The notes beneath the pieces were generated by a model. It was not told the DNA's origin, ran no database searches, and worked only from the letters and a program-made list of their open reading frames with translations. Shown in pieces: positions 16,548 through 20,303 of a DNA stretch of 20,303 nucleotides (within the stretch, counting starts at the first letter, position 1; every line of letters starts with the position of its first letter). The position numbers and the translations under genes are program-made. The stretch covers positions 1 to 20,303 of the forward strand of contig JBCBZT010000089.1 in assembly GCA_039815185.1 (NCBI GenBank), given 5' to 3'. Source of the stretch: Cyanobacteria bacterium P01_A01_bin.123. Lineage in GTDB: Bacteria; Cyanobacteriota; Cyanobacteriia; Phormidesmidales; Phormidesmidaceae.

Positions 16548-18521
16548 ATGAACCTCAGATATTTGCAGCGTTGGCGGCGGCAAATTGCCCATTCGCCTAG
16601 GTTTGGGGCGATCGCTACCACAGCGATCGCAGCCTTTGCATTGGGCAGTTTGACCTTGGGTACCAATGCATTGGGGCTGTTTCAAGCGCTAGAGCTAAAA
16701 GTTTTCGATCGCATGGTGAGGCTGCGGCAACAGTGGATGCCCGATACCCTTGATGCTCGCATCTTGGTCGTGGGCATTACCGATGAAGACATTGAGACCC
16801 TAGACCGCTACCCCATCAGTGATCAAACTTTGGCCGATGCTCTGGCCATCTTACAAGCCCATAATCCAGCTGTCGTTGGCCTTGACCTGTATCGGGACGT
16901 GCCCCAGCAGCCAGGGCGAGCCGCACTGATTCAACAAATCCAAGCGAGTCAGGTGGTCGTGATTCGTAAGCTGGGGGACAGCATTAATGCCGGTACCCCA
17001 GCTCCCCCTGAAGTCGATCCGGCCTTGGTCAGTTTCAACGATTTTGTGACCGATAGCGACGGCATTGTCCGACGCAATTTGCTGTTTTCTGCAACAGATA
17101 ACAGTGCCGATGCCCCAGTCCTGTCGTCCTTTAGTCTGCAACTGGCGCTGCGATACCTGGCTCTCCAAGGGATTGAGTCTAAACCTTGGCCCCACAATCC
17201 CGAGGTCATGCAACTGGGTAAAGCCGTGGCGTTACCCCTCCATCGAGGATTTGGAGGTTATCAAACCATTGATGCCTTGGGTTATCAAATTTTGCTTGAT
17301 TATCGCAGTGATGCCGAGCCCGGTCGTCATCTCAGTTTGATGCAGGTGCTTCGACAAGACTTTGATCCCAGCTGGGTTGAGGGCCAAATTATCTTGATTG
17401 GAGCGGTTACGCCCAGCGCTAAGGATGTGTTTTATACCCCCTTTTCGGCTGGGGCCCGCGATCAATCGCTGATGCCTGGGGTCAACATTCATGCTCAGAT
17501 GGTCAGTCACTTACTGGATGCTAGCCTGGGCGATCGACCGTTATGGTCAACCTGGTCTAATTGGGGCATTGTGCTCTGGGTCTATGGCTGGGCAGTGTTG
17601 GGCGGCAGCTTAGTCTGGACAACACGTCACCCTGCCTTATTGGTACTGCTGCAAATTGGCACCCTCGGTAGCCTAGTCTTAGTTGGGGGCACAATCTTTC
17701 TGAATTATTATTGGGTGCCGCTCGTTGGACCGCTGGTGGCCAGCGTGGGGGCTAGTGCCACTGTTCTGGCCTACCGAGCTCAGCAATCCTATCGACAACG
17801 GCAGATGATGCTGGTGCTGTTGGGTCAAAGTACCTCTCCCGAAATTGCCGCCGCGCTCTGGGACAACCGCGATCGCTTGGTAAAATCCGGCAAACTTCCG
17901 GGTCAGCGGCTAACGGCAACGATGCTGTTTACAGACATTAAAGGTTTTAGCACCATCGCCGAAAAAACTTCCCCCGAGCAACTCTTGGACTGGTTGAATG
18001 AATACCTCAATGCCATGGCCACAGAAATTCAGACCTACCACGGCATTATCAACAAGTTCACCGGAGATGGGTTACTTGCGGTGTTTGGGGTACCATTGGC
18101 ACGCCAAACCCCCCAAGACATTGGCCAAGACGCTCAAGCTGCAGTCGCCTGTGCTCTCGCGATGGGGGCGCGGCTTGAAGAACTCAATCAGCGATGGCAA
18201 AGCCGACAAATGCATCCGCTGAAAATGCGCGTGGGCATTTTTACTGGGCCGGTGGTGGTGGGTAGCTTGGGGGGGCGCGATCGCTTGGAATATGGCGTTA
18301 TCGGCGATAGTGTTAACATCGCTTCCCGCTTGGAAAGCTGTGAGAAGGAACGCCATAGTCGCACCTGTCGCATCTTGATTGGACATGACACGCTGATCTA
18401 TCTGCGAGATCAGTTTGTGTTAGAAAGTTGGGGTGAGTTACTGCTTAAGGGACGAACTCAACCGATCGAAGTCTATCAAGTCCTCTCGCGGCGAGATGAT
18501 CCAGAAAAACTCCGCCAATAG
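16548..18521 (+). CDS. CHASE2-sensor, membrane-anchored class III nucleotidyl (adenylate/guanylate) cyclase
   Basis: CHASE2 motifs (ILVVGITDEDI, VGLDLYRD, DSDGIVRR, MPGVNIHAQ); three TM helices after the sensor; cyclase motifs FTDIKGFS, KFTGDG, RVGIFTG, GDSVNIASRLE. Confidence 0.92.
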   Translation: MNLRYLQRWRRQIAHSPRFGAIATTAIAAFALGSLTLGTNALGLFQALELKVFDRMVRLRQQWMPDTLDARILVVGITDEDIETLDRYPISDQTLADALAILQAHNPAVVGLDLYRDVPQQPGRAALIQQIQASQVVVIRKLGDSINAGTPAPPEVDPALVSFNDFVTDSDGIVRRNLLFSATDNSADAPVLSSFSLQLALRYLALQGIESKPWPHNPEVMQLGKAVALPLHRGFGGYQTIDALGYQILLDYRSDAEPGRHLSLMQVLRQDFDPSWVEGQIILIGAVTPSAKDVFYTPFSAGARDQSLMPGVNIHAQMVSHLLDASLGDRPLWSTWSNWGIVLWVYGWAVLGGSLVWTTRHPALLVLLQIGTLGSLVLVGGTIFLNYYWVPLVGPLVASVGASATVLAYRAQQSYRQRQMMLVLLGQSTSPEIAAALWDNRDRLVKSGKLPGQRLTATMLFTDIKGFSTIAEKTSPEQLLDWLNEYLNAMATEIQTYHGIINKFTGDGLLAVFGVPLARQTPQDIGQDAQAAVACALAMGARLEELNQRWQSRQMHPLKMRVGIFTGPVVVGSLGGRDRLEYGVIGDSVNIASRLESCEKERHSRTCRILIGHDTLIYLRDQFVLESWGELLLKGRTQPIEVYQVLSRRDDPEKLRQ

Positions 18522-18747
18522 CCTCCAGATCAGCCGTTCTTGACCTCACTTGTGTGATTTTGTGTTGTCTTCCAGGATGTGATCTATAGGCACTGTTATT
18601 TGCAAATAGATCGGATATTATGGCGTCCAGAGCGTTGATTATCATGGCGTTTAGGCAACAATGCTATCAACGCGAGTTGCTTTATCTCGCTGATAAGCTT
18701 AGTCGACCTCCTGTTACTTTTGTCTGCTATCCAGGTTGGAGAAGATC

Positions 18748-19038
18748 GTGACTATTTACGTTGGTAATCTGTCTTTTCAAGCAACTGAAGACGACTTGAT
18801 GGATGTTTTCAATGAATACGGGAAAGTCAATCGTATTAGCTTACCCATCGATCGTGAGTCAGGACGAAAGCGAGGCTTCGCCTTCGTTGAAATGGAAGAT
18901 GAAACAAAAGAAGATGCTGCTATCTCTGAATTAGACGGGGCTGAGTGGCTGGGGCGAGAACTGAGGGTCAACAAAGCAAAACCCCGAGAAACCAATAGTA
19001 GTTCTAGGCCCAATAACTTTTCTAGAAATCCACTTTAG
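18748..19038 (+). CDS. rbp: Single-RRM RNA-binding protein (Rbp family) without a Gly-rich tail; GTG start
   Basis: TIYVGNLS (RNP2), RGFAFVEM (RNP1), LDGAEWLGRELRVNKAKPR; GGAGA SD 5' of GTG 18748; paralog identity not resolvable. Confidence 0.92.
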   Translation: MTIYVGNLSFQATEDDLMDVFNEYGKVNRISLPIDRESGRKRGFAFVEMEDETKEDAAISELDGAEWLGRELRVNKAKPRETNSSSRPNNFSRNPL

Positions 19039-19056
19039 AATGCTGATATAGACCTC

Positions 19057-19088
19057 CAGGGTGCTTTTGAAAAAAGCTCACCCTGTTT
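19057..19088 (+). terminator. Probable rbp terminator
   Basis: CAGGGTG-CTTTT...AAAAG-CT-CACCCTG followed by TTT. Confidence 0.55.
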
Positions 19089-19143
19089 GAGGTGCCTTTT
19101 CACGCCACGTTTCTAGGCAATACGTTGCCTAGAGGCTTACTTT

Positions 19144-19337
19144 GCGTTGCTGAATCGAGAGATGAATTTGCAAAAGCGATGCACTCTGCATTGCCCCCTT
19201 TTCATATATGCCCAGAGGGCTTTAAGCTACTTTTCTGGTATGCCCCTTGGGCTATATTCTGGGGGACTTTCAAAGGTTTGTTCCCCCCAGAATTGGGGGG
19301 CTAAGGGGGACTAAATCATACCGCTATTCAGCAACGC
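19144..19337. mobile_element. MITE-like element (~194 bp) with terminal inverted repeats and nested G/C-run repeats
   Basis: GCGTTGCTGAAT (19144-19155) / ATTCAGCAACGC (19326-19337), perfect 12-bp TIR, both ends continuing N6-ATGA; no transposase; internal CCCCCCAGAATTGGGGGG palindrome. Confidence 0.7.
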
Positions 19338-19404
19338 TTTTATTTATTGTCAGACTGCCCTACTAATAGATTTCCTATTGCTAAAAGAGGGTGGTAACTC
19401 TCTT

Positions 19405-19917
19405 TTAGCGGCACCCCATTACAGAGGCAGTGTAAGTGTTTCCTTCTGCTTCTATACCGCCCACACGCAAGTTAACTTGAAATGGATTCTCGCCAACGCG
19501 GGATGGGACACTAATCTCCAAGGGTTCGTTTTCGACTAGGTTAATTGAACGACGACTGTAGGGCATATCGACTGTGTTGTCACTATACTTTAGGTTGACG
19601 TCGATGTCATAGATAGTACCGTCAGTCGAGACGACCGTTGCTACAAACTCAGTGAAATTGCCATTGCTCGGCACAATAAAATCGGTGTTCCAGTTGCTTT
19701 GCAACACGAATAGTCCGGGCGGTGAGACAACTTTGGTAACTTCAGTACTTTCTCCTTCGACCACGCCTAAGGGCACGCAACTTTGCGCTTGAGCTTTGGA
19801 AGTCGGTATAAAACTAACGGTTGCGATCGCAGCCATAACCATAGCACCCACAGCCAGCGACTTGTGACTCTGAGGCATCAGAGACAGTGGGGTAGATTGA
19901 TTTGAATCAATAGACAT
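19405..19917 (-). CDS. Secreted/periplasmic hypothetical protein, beta-rich (start ATG 19917 or 19878)
   Basis: Hydrophobic segment LAVGAMVMAAIATVSFI followed by an AQA cleavage motif; acidic mature domain with only two Cys, one near each end. Confidence 0.78.
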   Translation of the reverse strand: MSIDSNQSTPLSLMPQSHKSLAVGAMVMAAIATVSFIPTSKAQAQSCVPLGVVEGESTEVTKVVSPPGLFVLQSNWNTDFIVPSNGNFTEFVATVVSTDGTIYDIDVNLKYSDNTVDMPYSRRSINLVENEPLEISVPSRVGENPFQVNLRVGGIEAEGNTYTASVMGCR

Positions 19918-20094
19918 TTTCAAGACGCTTAATTCAATAATTAATACATACCATGCTCAAATTGGATATTGTGACTACCACATCCAATTTGTAACTTGAC
20001 GATTTTCCTTGATTAATAATTTATCAGATTTAATCTTGGAAAAAGCTTAATCCGTCTTAATTGCTAATGAACGTCTGAAGAAACTTTAAAGCGC

Positions 20095-20122
20095 AAAAAG
20101 CGCCTCCGGTGGGAGACGCTTT
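20095..20122 (-). terminator. psbA intrinsic terminator
   Basis: Minus strand AAAGCGTCTCC-CACC-GGAGGCGC-TTTTT, about 35 nt after the psbA stop. Confidence 0.8.
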
Positions 20123-20155
20123 CAGGACTAACTCAGACTAGCTGAGCAGCAATGA

Positions 20156-20303
20156 CTACCCAATCAGCTCAGGTGCCTCAGCCGCAGCCAAGTCGAGGGG
20201 GAAGTTGTGCGCATTGCGCTCATGCATCACTTCCATACCCAGGTTCGCCCGGTTGATCACGTCAGCCCAGCTACCAATCACACGACCCTGTGAGTCGATG
20301 ACA
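20156..20303 (-). CDS. psbA: Photosystem II D1 protein, 3' end only (truncated by the window edge; not in the ORF track)
   Basis: Hand translation [49 protein letters not shown]332, E333, H337, D342 and A344 are intact. Confidence 0.97.
   Translation of the reverse strand, partial: VIDSQGRVIGSWADVINRANLGMEVMHERNAHNFPLDLAAAEAPELIG

Noticed and set aside
19092..19304. 70-aa ORF downstream of rbp
   Set aside because: It runs through hairpins and the MITE-like repeat, has a GTG start and shows no protein-like motifs
20156..20303. Possible rogue D1 or chlorophyll f synthase (ChlF)
   Set aside because: H332, E333, H337, D342 and A344 are all present, as in oxygen-evolving D1

Overview
Cyanobacterial chromosomal DNA, with about 30 HIP1 octamers (GCGATCGC) by manual count. 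It is probably a phycoerythrin-containing filamentous Leptolyngbya/Nodosilinea/Halomicronema-like strain, but that is inference. The core is a compact divergent C-phycoerythrin cluster: cpeZ-cpeY-cpeA-cpeB on the minus strand, a 55-aa nblA missed by the ORF track (6885-7052), then cpeC-cpeD-cpeE-cpeS-cpeT-cpeR on the plus strand. Most of the wider junctions in this cluster carry an RNA hairpin, and the cpeC leader has an attenuator-like structure. The left flank holds an HtrA/HhoA protease, a SAM methyltransferase and an 86-aa orphan. The right flank holds a DMT/YdcZ transporter and a co-oriented trio: pmbA, a ClC-CBS-USP-USP protein and a CHASE2 cyclase. It continues with an RRM RNA-binding protein, a ~194-bp MITE-like element, a secreted hypothetical protein and the 3' end of psbA (also missing from the ORF track). 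The best candidate for an undescribed system is that trio: the ClC has Gln at the gating-glutamate position (GRQGP), and the adjacent cyclase has a hybrid Lys/Gly substrate-specificity pair. No CRISPR array, tRNA, rRNA or transposase was seen.
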